DNA of 64,000 nt from Squalus acanthias (lineage: Eukaryota): the NCBI GenBank assembly GCA_030390025.1, contig CM059432.1:2232001-2296000 (forward strand). The letters are read 5' to 3'. The position numbers and the translations under genes were made by a program. Positions 47,342-59,800 of this stretch are shown here, one piece after another; the first letter of the stretch is position 1, and each line of letters begins with the position of its first letter. Under the pieces are notes generated by a model. The model had not been told where the DNA came from and made no database searches. It saw nothing but the letters and a program-made list of their open reading frames with translations.

Positions 47342-47401
47342 CGCTCTGAGAGCCTGTCTGCCCCACAGTAGGATGCAGGTCTTCCGTCTCATTTTCCTCT
47401 A
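47342..47401 (-). CDS. ZNF521: ZNF521 60-nt phase 1/1 exon (VEENETEDLHPTVGQTGSQS)
   Basis: A long polypyrimidine tract ends in ggatgcag|TA GAG GAA AAT GAG ACG GAA GAC CTG ... CAG AGC G|gtaatg. The exon is exactly 60 nt and keeps frame between the flanking exons. Its VEE start and size parallel the matching ZNF423 exon. Confidence 0.85.
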
Positions 47402-47692
47402 CTGCATCCAAAAAAAAGAGAAGAAATAAAAGAGTTGTTAGTAAAAGTGGGAGAGACGACACACCACCAGTCTGGTTCTATTTACATAGACCATTTTTTT
47501 TCACATAGATATTCAGCAGTGCAAAATGGTAATGGGGAGACTAAAAACAAAGTTAGGCAAGGGACTGGGCTTGTGCCTTGCACTGACTACTGGGTAGCAA
47601 CTTTTTAAAAAATTCGTTTGTGGGATGTGGCCGTCGCTGGCAAGGCTGGCATTTATTGCCCATCCCTAATTGCCCACTAGCATGACTTGCTA

Positions 47693-48122
47693 AGTGCCAG
47701 CCGTGACTCAGTGGGCAGCACCCTCGCCTCTGAGTCAGATAGGGTCGTGGGTTCAAGACCTGCTCCAGAGACTCGAGCACAAAAATCTAGGCTGACACTC
47801 CCAGTGCAGTACTGAGGGAGCGCTGCACTGCCCGAGGTGCCGTCTTTCGGATGAGACGTTAAAAGGTGGACGCAAAAGATCCCACGGCCACTATTTCAAA
47901 CAAGAGCAGGGGAATTATCCCCGGTGTCCTGGGGCCAATATCTATCCCTCAAATCAACATCACTAAAACAGATTATCTGGTCATTATCACATTGCAAATT
48001 GGCTGCCACGTTTCCTACATTACAACAGTGACTACACTTCAAAAAAGTACTTTTTGTTTGGCTGTAAAGCACTTTGGGATGTCCGATGGTTGTGAAAGGC
48101 GCTGTAGAAATGCAAGTCTTTC
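47693..48122 (+). mobile_element. DeuSINE-like SINE with internal deletions
   Basis: Head, core and tail present. Confidence 0.8.
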
Positions 48123-50059
48123 TAAAACTGCACTGTAGTATACAAGAGAACAGGGTTTCGATCAATGCATAACAATTCCACCCATCTACAGCAGCTCTGA
48201 CATTTGCACCAGCAAGAGATTTTTTCGACACACTTGTTTAAAACAGGATGGGAGAGTTCCTCGTTTTTATTAAGTATGTCTCCGTCACTCACCCTTCCAA
48301 GCAGAATGCAGCGCGCTCCCTCTACTACCCATCTAAAACAGGGAAGCATTCACACTGGCCTGTCTTGGAGCCCGGGCATTGTTTTAAACTTGGTTAATGA
48401 GGACATATGTAGAGCAAGTGACAGTGCATTGTCGCTTGTGGGGTTTTTTTTTTTTGCAGGTGTGCAAGAGGCATGTGAAGGCATTTCTCATCCCTGAAAG
48501 AACAGCTGTAGAGCAACACTCAGGTGTACCCTGCTCTATTTATTCCACGTTCATCCGTCAGGCTGGAACACAGCGTGTGGTTGTGCGATGCTGGCTAATA
48601 ATTCACAAACAAAAAAAAAAAATCATTTTTTTCTCTTCGCAGTGAATTATGGCACCGGGAATTAGCCAAACAATCACAAAAATTATTTTGAAATATGCCC
48701 ACATTACGTTGGAACTCCACACAGCGAGAACGGCGTGGAGGGCACAGTGCATTTCCAGACGATGTTGGCCATCTGTCCCACAAGCATTTTTCGCTGGTAA
48801 CTGGGTTCTCTTATTTATTAAAAGCGGGACCAGGTGGCACAGCATATTGGATGTTACCAATGCATGATTTCCCCACATGGTGAGATGCCTATTTTAGCTG
48901 CACTCTTTGATAGGGCATGGGGGCGGGGGGAAGAGATCGAGGAAATGGGCAAAGAAGTTGTAAGAAGCAAGTGGAGGAGATGAGGCACCTACGTAGCAGG
49001 TGGAGGGCACAGCGGAGGAGAAAGAGGGGGTCTCATTTGCGTTCGCTGCTCCCCCCCCGCCGGCTCATAAAGCAGCATTGATATGGGCCGTAGAATAAGG
49101 CTGTCCAGCTGCTTGCTCAGTTAGGCAATTGGTATCTGGCACAGGGGTGGTTAAGAGAGGCAGGGTATTGCAAATCAAAAGTGGGAGGGGGGGGGGCGGG
49201 GGGTGAATGAACGGTTCTCCAAATCTGCTATCACATTGGAAACCTTTGCTAAAATAATGCAATTCATTCATCTTGTTTCATTCACAGTGGCGATTTTCTT
49301 TTCTCTCTCTCTCTTGAACTGAACTGGTCTATTAGCAAGAGTAAGGGTCAGGCACTGTGACACAAAACTTGGCCGGGTGCTGCAGAGCAAAAACCTCATG
49401 GAATGTGCAGCTGAACCCGGAATTCCAAAGCGTGCTCTCAATCATGCGGTCCTTTACACTTTCATTTTAAACTCACTGGAGCCGAGGAGCCTCCTGGCTT
49501 ACAAAATAAAGACTTTGGAGGGCTTTTAAAGTGACTGTAAAAAAAAAAACGATAAAAGAAAGCTTTTCCTTTCCAAATCCACCTTACGGAAATACAAACA
49601 AATTAACCAACTCAATTCAATTTATTAAAGGATTGGTTCTCTAGCTTTAGACACTGGGAAAGTAAAACTAGATGTCAAAAAATTATAGATATACACACCA
49701 TTGGACTGTCAGCACCAGACAGTATAACCTTAAATAAAGGTCTGCTGAGGAAATGAAACCATTTACGTGCTCAACACTAGCTTAATTGAGAATGCATTTT
49801 TAGTCGGTGCAGTAGCACACATGGATAGGACTGCAGTGCATTAACAAAGCCCAGCTCAATATCCGCGCTGAAGCGGTGTATTTTAAGACAGACTATAAAA
49901 AAAAATGAAATGAAATAAAATAAAATACACAATTTTTGCCTCCCCTGTAATGGCACGATTTGGAAAAGTGGCCAAATTCACTCTTTGCACCTCTGGCCTC
50001 TCGTGTTAGATACCTCGGGGTTTAAACTAACTAGTGCCCTGTCGTCCAAAGTTCGCCCC

Positions 50060-50470
50060 AACAACAGCTTGCCTTTATATAGCGCCATTAATGTAGTAAA
50101 ACGTCCCAGGGTGCTTCACGGGATCGATTATCAAACAAAATTTGACACCGAGCCACATAAGGAGATATTAGGACAGGTGACCAAAAGCTTGGTCAAAGAG
50201 GGAGGTTTTAAGGAGCATCTTAAAGGAGGAGAGAGAGGTAGAGAGACGGAGAGGTTTAGGGAGGGAATTCCAGAGCTTGGGGCCCAGGCAGCTGAAGGCA
50301 CGGCCGCCAATGGTGGAGCGATTAAAATCAGGAATGCGCAAGAGGCCAGAGTTGGAGGAGCGCAGAGATCTCGGAGGGTTGTAGGGCTGGAGGAGGTTAC
50401 AGAGATAGGGAGGGGGTGAGGCCACGGAGGGACTTGAAACAAGGATGAGAATGTTTAAATCGAGGCGTTG
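50060..50470 (-). mobile_element. L2-clade LINE 3' fragment
   Basis: Encodes RSLRSSNSGLLRIPDFNRSTIGGRAFSCLGPKLWNSLP. Confidence 0.85.
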
Positions 50471-50704
50471 CACCCCAATCAGAAACCAGAGTTCACCCGC
50501 ACCGCGCCCCCCCCCGCCCTGCCAGAAGTATCCTGTGTGCAGTGCGACTTTCAGAGCTCACCATTTTTAAATACGTAAAAAACACAAAACAATGTTTTTT
50601 GTACTTTTCCATGCAAGTCAAGCCAAAACAGGATACTGAATCTAGACTGAAACCAAATGGGACAATCTGGGGAGTATATGGTTATAACCTGCTCCTAAAC
50701 AAAT

Positions 50705-51035
50705 AGAAGAAAGACTTGCATTTCTATCGCGCCTTTCACTGACCTCAGGATGTCCCAAAGCGCTTTACAGCCAATGAAGTACTTTTTGAAGTGTAGTCAC
50801 TGCTGTAATGTGGGAAACGCAGCAGCCAATTTGCGCACAGCAAGCTCCCACAAACAGCAATGTGATAATGACCAGATAATCTATTTTAGTGATGTTGATC
50901 GAGGGATAAATATTGGCCCAGGACACCGGGGAGAACTCCCCCCTGCTCTTCTCAAAATAGTAGCCGTGGGATCTTTTACGTGCACCTGAGAGAGAGAGCA
51001 GACGGGGCCTCGGTTGAACGTCTCATCCGAAAGAT
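50705..51035 (-). mobile_element. DeuSINE-like SINE, 5'-truncated
   Basis: Tail and Deu-like core present. Confidence 0.8.
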
Positions 51036-51317
51036 GGAAAACAAACTGCAGACGGGGGGGGGGGGCTGTGGGGTCAGTTAAAGTTGTAAAACTCTCAGTA
51101 GACTGCAGAGTCCACCACATTTCACAGTAGGAAGTGGTAAAAAATATATCAAAGAAGAATAGAAGCAGACCATCATACTGTCGGTGCTATGCAGCCACAT
51201 TTAAATACTACAGAAATATAATCACATTGGGAGAGATTGATTTTTTTCCCTCCAAAGGGCTCAAACATGTGACCTTTGCCGCTCCCCCCCTCCTCCCATC
51301 CCCGCTGATATAAACAT

Positions 51318-51613
51318 CTTCGGCAGCACCTCCCAAACCCGCGACCTCTTCCACCTATAAGGACAAGGGCAGTAGACGCATGGGAACACCACCACCTCCA
51401 AGTTCCCCTCCAAGTCACACACCATCCTGACTTGGAAATATATCGGCCGTTCCTTCATCGTCGCTGGGTCAAAATCCTGGAACTCCCTCCCTAACAGCAC
51501 TGTGGGAGAACCTTCACCACACGGACTGCAGCGGTTCTCGAGGGGCAATTAGGAATGGGCAATAAAAGCTGGCCTTGCCAGTGATGCCCACATCCCATGA
51601 ATGAATAAAAAAA
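51318..51613 (+). mobile_element. Family B LINE 3' fragment
   Basis: Same 3' end and poly(A) as 15185-15758. Confidence 0.75.
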
Positions 51614-51849
51614 GAACAGTACCTGGAGACAGGTCAACTACAGAGAGCATGCTCCGTCATTCAATAAGATCATGGCTGATCTTCGACCTCAACTCCACTT
51701 TCCCTTGATTCCCTTCAGAGGAGTGTTTAAGTGTTATGTGTTATGCCCAACGACTGATTTATATGATGTTAGCGGAGTGGTGTAGCAGACACATGACACT
51801 CCTGTATAGAGAGAGGGAGAATCAAAGCTTCTGGCCCTGAATATCTAGT

Positions 51850-52312
51850 TTTTTAAAATTCATTTATGGGATGTGGGCGACGCTGGCAAGGCCAGCATTT
51901 ATTGCCCATCCCTAATCGCCCTTGAGAAGGTGGTGGTGAGCCGCCTTCTTGAACCGCTGCAGTCAAGGTCTTTTTTCCTAGCAGGTTTGGTACAACTGAG
52001 TGTCTCGCTCGGCCATTTCAGAGGGCAGTTAAGAGTCAACCACATTGCTGTGGGTCTGGAGTCACATATCGGCCAGACCGGGTAAGGGCGGCAGATTTCC
52101 TTCCCTGAAGGACATTAGCGAACCAGATGGGTTTTTACGTAAATCCAGTCGTTTCATAATCACCATTACCGATACTAGCTTTTAATTCCAGATTTATTGA
52201 ACTGAATTTAAATTCCCCAGCTGCCGTGGTGGGATTTGAACTCAAGGCTCTGGATCATTAAGTCCAGACCTCTGGATTACTAGCCCAGTGACATAATCAC
52301 AATGCTACCGTA
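51850..52312 (-). mobile_element. tRNA-derived SINE, family 2
   Basis: Same architecture as the copies at 17535 and 40520. Confidence 0.7.
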
Positions 52313-52409
52313 CCCCCATAATTGAGCATCTCGTTTAGGAGAACGTGACTCTTCAGGACAGAGTGATGCTTTAATGAAATAGCAAACAATCTCAACCCAG
52401 CTTCCTGCT

Positions 52410-52790
52410 CATAGAAACATAGAAGATAGGAGCAGGAGTAGGCCATTCGGCCCCTCGAGCCTGCTCCGCCATTCAATGCGATCATGGCTGATCATCCAAA
52501 TTCAGTACCCTGTCCCTGCTTTCTCCCCATATCCCTTGATCCCTTTAGCTTTAAGAAATATATCTAACTCCTTCTTGAATATATTTAATGAATTGGCCTC
52601 TACTGCCTTGTGTGGTAGAGAATTCCACAGGTTTATCACTCTCTGGGTGAAGAAATTCCTCCTCATCTCAGTCCTAAATGGCTTACCCCTTATCCTTAGA
52701 CTGTGACCCCTGGTTCTGGACTCCCCCGCCATCGGGAACATCCTTCCTGCATCTAGTCTGTCTAGTCCTGTTAGAATTTTATAAGTTTCA
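52410..52790 (-). mobile_element. CR1 LINE 3' fragment
   Basis: Encodes MFPMAGESRTRGHSLRIRGKPFRTEMRRNFFTQRV. Confidence 0.85.
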
Positions 52791-54605
52791 TGATATAACC
52801 CTCTCCGCCTCGCTCGCCTCCTTTAAGACACTCCCTAAAACCTAACAAGCTTTTGGTCACCTGTCCTAAGATCTCCTGATGTGCCTCGGTTTAGTCTGAG
52901 AATCGCTCCCGGGAAGTGCCTCGGGATGTTTTACTCCGTTAAACCGCTGTCTAAATGCAAGTAGTTGTTGATAAAGTCCGTCCGTCCGTCCGTCCCCCCC
53001 CCCCGCCCCCCCCGTAGCACAATCTATCGTCACAGAGCAGTTTCTGAAGCCGATTGCCCATCACTTAAACACCGAGCGGGAAATTTAACTCAATGGCTGG
53101 GAATTTTTGACAAATACTATTGCATGTGTGCCCGCAGCCTCTCTACACTCAAACCTCGCTGAGCCTCCTGCCAAGAATTTCCAGTATCCTCCCCTTGCTT
53201 TCAGGTGCATGGCTGATGTTGGGCTGATTCGCACAGAATCGTTCAGCCAGACAGGGCAAACAGCGAAACAGGTTCATTATTCAGAGCGCAGGACCCAACA
53301 CTCACAATTGGTAGTTACTACTCTAGTCCCCATCCAATAAGTGCGGGCATCTCATATCTCTGCTCATAATCAATTTATAGCCACACAAACAATGGCTTCA
53401 TTGTCCATACTTAAATCGGCTCCTTATCATTTATAATTAACAAGTTCCTCCTGACCCTGTCCGATCTCAAACTTAAAATATAAAAACGGATGCACATATT
53501 TTCCTGTTGCGTCTGAATTCAGAATAATTCTGGCCCTCAATTATTTAAGAGGGGCGATGTTGAGAATTCAGCGAAATGCTGCTCCTTAATGCCCTGTCCT
53601 TGCTGCCACACAAGAGGTTAAATGTGAAATGTCCTCTTTTCACTGGCAATGAATGAATGTGCCAATCGGAGTAAGGACACATTTCTCCTAATAATCAAGT
53701 CATAACAACTGCATTCTCAACATCTGTCTGCAAAACTCTAACCTCTCCCCTTCAGCCAAATTAATTTAACTTTAATTCTGAAGGAGGGTGGGGAAGAAAT
53801 CCTTATTCAGTTGGTACGCCTGGTTACATTCTTGCAGCTAGTTAGCTCCCCTTTACCAGGCTCAAACACAGAGAAACTCCTTCAAAACCAGATATGACAA
53901 GACTAGACTACATCCCCCCATTCAGGAAGATCACCCAGCAACGCCAATTCTTTTAAGCAGATGCTAATTTCCTTATTTCGCAGTGTGTGTGTGTGGTTTT
54001 TTTTTAAATCCCCAAAACGATTTAAAAAAGATTTAAGCACCATTTCCAAATTTAAAAAAAAACACAATACAAGCCCGTCTTAAAGATCACTCGGTCTCCT
54101 TTAAGTTGCAGGAGCCTCTTACTTGTTATTGAAATTACAAAAATAATAATAAACTTCGATGTTTTTTTCGTTGTCTAAATGTTTTTTTTTAAACTACTAA
54201 CATTCCGGTTGCCTCGCATTTCTTTTTAAATAAAAGTTTAACTTATTATTACGAATCGAAGCTATATTCTGTGGACTTCAGTCCCTGGTAACAAACAAAA
54301 AAATCCAACCGAATGAAGTCCTTTTTTGCTGAGATACAATTGTATCTGGTTCGAAGGAATGCGGGGCGCTTGTCAATATCCGTGTGTACATTTCAAAGGA
54401 GGAACAGGGACTGGTTAACCCCGGACTGCTACAGAGCCGCCGGCAAATCAAATCCATCTGGCTTCCTCTCGCTGTGGACTGGACACTTATTCTTATTTTT
54501 AATTTTGTTATTTTTTTTAAAAAAAAGCTTTTTTGTAGCTAAAGGACCAGAGCCACGTGACTCGGCGCCGAGTGTAACCAAGTCCTAACATTCCTCCACA
54601 CCCCC

Positions 54606-55045
54606 CACACATTCTATCTCAGCTAAGTCCCACACACCGGATCTCAGCTAAGTCCCACACACCAGATCTCAGCTAAGTCCCCCCATCACTCGATCTCAGC
54701 TAAGTCCCACACACCAGATCTCAGCTAAGTCCCCCCATCACTCGATCTCAGCTAAGTCCCACACACCAGATCTCAGCTAAGTCCCCCCATCACTCGATCT
54801 CAGCTAAGTCCCCCCACACACTCGATCTCAGCAAAGTCCCCCACACATTGTATCTCAGCTAAGTCCCCCCACACACTCGATCTCAGCTAAGTCCCCCACA
54901 CATTGTATCTCAGCTAAGTCCCCCCACACACTCGATCTCAGCTAAGTCCCCCACACATTGCATCTCAGCAAAGTCCCACACCCAGCACACATTGTATCTT
55001 AGCTAAGCTCCCTCCCCTCCCATGATCGTATCTCAACTAAGTCCC
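54606..55045 (+). repeat. Minisatellite with core ATCTCAGCTAAGTCCC, about 16 units of roughly 25-29 bp
   Basis: Directly visible tandem units. Confidence 0.9.
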
Positions 55046-55194
55046 ACCAGCACCCACACAAGTCACACAGTGAGCGAGAGATTGGGGGGGGGGCAGTGTA
55101 GAAGTCAAATCTCCCCCGACCTGAGCATCTATCCAGCGGCACTGAGGCAGCCGCTGATACCCAGCCCACCCTCCCCATCCTGGGCTCCACCACC

Positions 55195-55530
55195 ACAAGC
55201 CCCGGCTCCAGCTACACCAGCAGCACCACCACCGGCTCTAGCACCACCACCGGCTCCTCCACCAGCCCCACAGTCCCAGCACCACCACCGGCTCCTCCAC
55301 CAGCCCCACAGTCCCAGCACCATCACCGGCTCCTCCACCAGCCCCTAGCACCAGCCCCACAGTCCCAGCACCACCACCGGCTCCTCCACCAGCCCCTAGC
55401 ACCAGCCCCACAGTCCCAGCACCACCACCGGCTCCTCCACCAGCCCCACAGTCCCAGCACCATCACCGGCTCCTCCACCAGCCCCCAGCACCAGCCCCAC
55501 AGTCCCAACACCCGCTCCACCAGCCCAGCG
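55195..55530 (+). repeat. C-rich minisatellite (CCAGCCCCACAGTCCCAGCACCACCACCGGCTCCTCCA)
   Basis: Tandem units of about 38 bp. Confidence 0.85.
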
Positions 55531-55669
55531 AGAAACACTACTTTGCTCAGAATCAGAACAGGATGCTCCTATACAACAACAACAGTAAAACACACTTTCC
55601 ACCCCTTTCAGATTTAACTTTTGCCACATTCAGGGTGTGTGTGTGTGTGTGGGTATTTTTGGTACTTAC

Positions 55670-55709
55670 CTTTCAGCGATCTTGGCTTCGCTTGCTTTCG
55701 GCGAGACAT
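55670..55709 (-). CDS. ZNF521: ZNF521 start-codon exon, coding part (exon 55670-55710)
   Basis: The minus strand reads ttttttgcgtgtag|G ATG TCT CGC CGA AAG CAA GCG AAG CCA AGA TCG CTG AAA G|gtaagt, i.e. MSRRKQAKPRSLK. This is the ZNF521 N-terminus as I recall it. Canonical AG/GT sites; 40 coding nt; phase-1 donor. Confidence 0.95.
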
Positions 55710-56283
55710 CCTACACGCAAAAAATACCCTTCTTCAAGACTTGGGTCTGGGTTTTCTCTCTCCTCTCTTATTAAAAGCCCCCTTGACACGCTCCCACTGC
55801 TCTGCTGTCCTCAGTAAATGTTGCTCTCTCTGTCTCTTAGAATTAAAATAAGCAGTTCATTGTTTTTTCTGCCTTTCCCTTATTGCCCTCTTCCAAAAAA
55901 AGCGGCACCCAGCAAATACTGGAGGTTTTTTTTGCGTGTGATAAAGAAGTAAAAGACTTTCTCTTAAATTCCACCATCAGAAGGAGGGGATATTTTTGCA
56001 ATGAGAGAGAATGCACTGCAGGGAGAAAAAGAAAAAAAATCCAGACGTTTTGAAAATTAAAAAAAAACTGGAAGCTTAGGATACTTTTTTCTGCATTCTA
56101 AAACTAAAGATTCGCATCCTGTCTTTTTTTTGGTGGGGGGGGGGGTGACTTGCTATATAAATATATACATTTTAAAAAAAATCCTTGCTGGAATCGGTCG
56201 CTTGCAAAGGGTTCTAAGTCTTATCGGTGGAGTGGAAGCAGAACTGAGCGAGGCGATTCCCCCACTCCCTCCTCATCACAAAC

Positions 56284-56650
56284 CTGCAAGGTCTTGGACT
56301 GCGCTGTCGCTCCGGTAGTCCACATAATAATGGAAAATTTAAACAAGGCCCCAAACCCATCAGCATGGCTCCAGAGGGGGGCCCTTCCCCACAGGGACAC
56401 GCACTGTACGTAATCACTGAGGAAATCATTGTCAGCCTCAGAGTGCACGCCTGGTGCATGATGAAACCTAAAGCCGGCAGCAAGATCTGGACTCCTGGAT
56501 TCCCCGTCCCCAAAAAAAATCAGGATCTGGAGCTTTGTGCTGCTGTTGCTGTTGCTGTTGCAGCCACTGCTCCTGCCCTTTTTTTGCTTCTCTTTTTCTC
56601 TCTCTCTCTCTCTTCCCACTTTTAAAAGCATCTTTCAAAGCTGCACTCTT
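56284..56650 (-). other. ZNF521: Putative ZNF521 first (5'UTR) exon; 5' boundary approximate
   Basis: Non-repetitive sequence with GA- and GCA-rich runs, ending in ACCTTGCAG|gtttgt about 570 bp upstream of the acceptor of the ATG exon. Confidence 0.65.
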
Positions 56651-56890
56651 CCCCCTTCTGGCTGCAATTCATATGCTGTCTATTTCAGTGTCCTTTTATT
56701 TTCACCACAGCTTTTTATTCCACCCCCACCACGCCAGTAGCACAAAATTTCAGTTTTTTTTCTCTCACAAGGAATTAAAAAAATATATGTTTGTTTCTCA
56801 TTTTCAGAAGGATTCTCAGTTTTTTTTCTCTCTCTGATGTTGTTGATGCCCAGATGTATTCTGCTGGCTCTCTGAAAGTACTTTCTGAGT
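56650..56890 (-). promoter_or_regulatory. Putative ZNF521 proximal promoter region
   Basis: Positional inference only: unique sequence between the putative first exon and the AT-rich satellite. Confidence 0.35.
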
Positions 56891-56894
56891 GGGA

Positions 56895-59800
56895 TATTTT
56901 TGAAAAGTATATTTTGAAAAGTTGTCATATTTATTTTAACGGTTGTAATATTTTGAAAGTTGTAATACTTAGAAAAGTCGCAATGTTGTGAGAGCTGTAA
57001 TATTTTGAAAGTGGTAATATTTTTGAAAGTTGTAATATTTTGAAAGTTGCAATATTTTGAAAGATCTAATATTTCTAAAAGTTGTAATATTTTGAAAGTT
57101 GTAATATTTTGAAAGATCTAATAGTTCGAAAAGTTGCAATATTTTGAATTTATAATATTTAGAGAAGTTGCAATGTTGTGAGAGTTGTAATATTTTGAAA
57201 GTTGTAATATTTTGAAAGATCTAATAGTTCGAAAAGTTGCAATATTTTGAATTTATAATATTTAGAGAAGTTGCAATGTTGTGAGAGTTGTAATATTTTG
57301 AAAGTTGTAATATTTTGAAATTGTAATATTTTTAAAATTTGTAATCTTTTGAAAAGTTGTAATATTTAGAAAGTTGTAATAATTTGAAAAGTTGTAATAT
57401 TTTGAAAGTTGTAATATTTAGAAAAGTTGTAATATTTAGAATGTTGTAATGTTTTGAAAAGTTTTAATATTTAGACAGTTGTAATATTTAAAAAGTTGTA
57501 ATATTTTGAAAAGTTTTAATATTTAGAAAGTTGTAATATTTAGAAAGTTGTAATATTTTGAAAAGTTGTAATCATTTGAAAAGTTGTAATGTTTAGAAAG
57601 TTGTAATAATTTGAAAAGTTGTAATATTTTGAAAGTTGTAATATTTACAAAGTTGCAATATTTAGAAAAGTTGTAATATTTAGAAAGTTGTAATATTTTG
57701 AAAAGTTGTAATATTTAGAAAGTTGTAATATTTAGAAAGTTGTAATATTTTGAAAAGTTTTAATATTTAAAAAGTTGTAATATTTTGAAAAGGTATAATA
57801 TTTAGAAAGTTGTAATATTTAGAAAGTTGTAATATTTAAAAAAGTTTTAATATTTCGAAAGTTGTAATATTTTGAAAAGTTGTAATATTTAGAAAGTTGT
57901 AATATTTTGAAAAGTTGTAATATTTAGAAAGTTGTAATATTTTGAAAAGTAATCATTTGAAAAGTTGTAATGTTTAGAAAGTTGTAATAATTTGAAAAGT
58001 TGTAATATTTTGAAAGTTGTAATATTTACAAAGTTGCAATATTTAGAAAAGTTGTAATATTTAGAAAGTTGTAATATTTTGAAAAGTTTTAATATTTAGA
58101 AAGTTGTAATATTTAGAAAGTTGTAATATTTTGAAAAGTTTTAATATTTAAAAAGTAATATTTTGAAAAGGTATAATATTTAGAAAGTTGTAATATTTAG
58201 AAAGTTGTAATATTTAAAAAAGTTTTAATATTTAGAAAGTTGTAATATTTAGAAAAGTTTTAATATTTAGACAGTTGTAATATTTAAAAAGTTTTAATAT
58301 TTAGAAAGTTGTAATATTTAGAAAGTTGTAATATTTTGAAAAGTGGTAAATTTTGAAAAGTTGTAATATTTCAAATGTTGTAATATTTAGAAAGTTGTAA
58401 TATTGTGAAAAGTTTTAATATTTAGAAAGTTGTAATATTTAGAAAGTTGTAATATTTTGAAAAATTGCAATATTTTGAAAGTTGTAAAAATTTGAAAAGT
58501 GGTAAATTTTGAAAAGTTGTAATATTTCAAATGTTGTAATATTTAGAAAGTTGTAATATTTTGAAAAGTTGTAATATTTAGAAAGTTGTAATATTTAGAA
58601 AGTTGTAATATTTTGAAAAGTTGTAATATTTAGAAAGTTGTAATATTTAGAAAGTTGTAATATTTTGAAAAGTTGTAATATTTAGAAAGTTGTAATATTT
58701 AGAAAGTTGTAATATTTTGAAAAGTTTTAATATTTAGACAGTTGTAATATTTAGAAAAGTTGTAATATTTTGAAAAGTTGTAATATTCAGAAAAGTTGTA
58801 ATATGTAGGAAAGTTGTAATATTTTGAAAAGTTGTATTATTTCAAAAGTTGAAATATTGCAAAAGTTGTAATGTTTTGAAAAGTTGTAATAGTTAGAAAG
58901 CTGTAATATTTAGAAAGTTGTAATATTTTGAAAAGTTGTAATATTTAGAAAGTTGTAATATTTTGAAAGTTTTAATATTTAGAAAAGTTTTAATATTTAG
59001 AAAGTTGCAATATTTTGAAAAGTTGTAATATTTAGAAAGTTGTAATATTTTGAAAAGTTTTAATATTTAAAAAGTAATATTTTGAAAAGGTATAATATTT
59101 AGAAAGTTGTAATATTTAGAAAGTTGTAATATTTAAAAAAGTTTTAATATTTAGAAAGTTGTAATATTTAGAAAAGTTTTAATATTTAGACAGTTGTAAT
59201 ATTTAAAAAGTTGTAATATTTTGAAAAGTTTTAATATTTAGAAAGTTGTAATATTTAGAAAGTTGTAATATTTTGAAAAATTGTAATCATTTGAAAAGTT
59301 GTAATGCTTAGAAAGTTGTAATAATTTGAAAAGTTGTAATATTTACAAAGTTGTAATATTTAGCAAAGTTGTAATATTTAGAAAGTTGTAATATTTTGAA
59401 AAGTTTTAATATTCAGAAAGTTGTAATATTTAGAAAGTTGTAATATTTTGAAAAGTTTTAATATTTAAAAAGTTGTAATATTTTGAAAAGTTATAATATT
59501 TAGAAAGTTGTAATATTTAGAAAGTTGTAATATTTAGAAAAGTTTTAATATTTAGAAAGTTGTAATATTTAGAAAGTTGTAATATTTTGAAAAGTTGTAA
59601 TATTTTGAAAGTTGTAAAAATTTGAAAAGTGGTAAATTTTGAAAAGTTGTAATATTTCAAATGTTGTAATATTTAGAAAGTTGTAATATTGTGAAAAGTT
59701 TTAATATTTAGAAAGTTGTAATATTTAGAAAGTTGTAATATTTTGAAAAATTGCAATATTTTGAAAGTTGTAAAAATTTGAAAAGTGGTAAATTTTGAAA

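Noticed and set aside
48440..48470. Plus-strand acceptor-like ttttttgcag suggesting an antisense exon
   Set aside because: No partner exons or coding signal were found; a single motif is not enough.
54606..55045. CRISPR-like repeat-spacer pattern
   Set aside because: The segments between cores are about 10 bp and themselves recur, as in an ordinary minisatellite.
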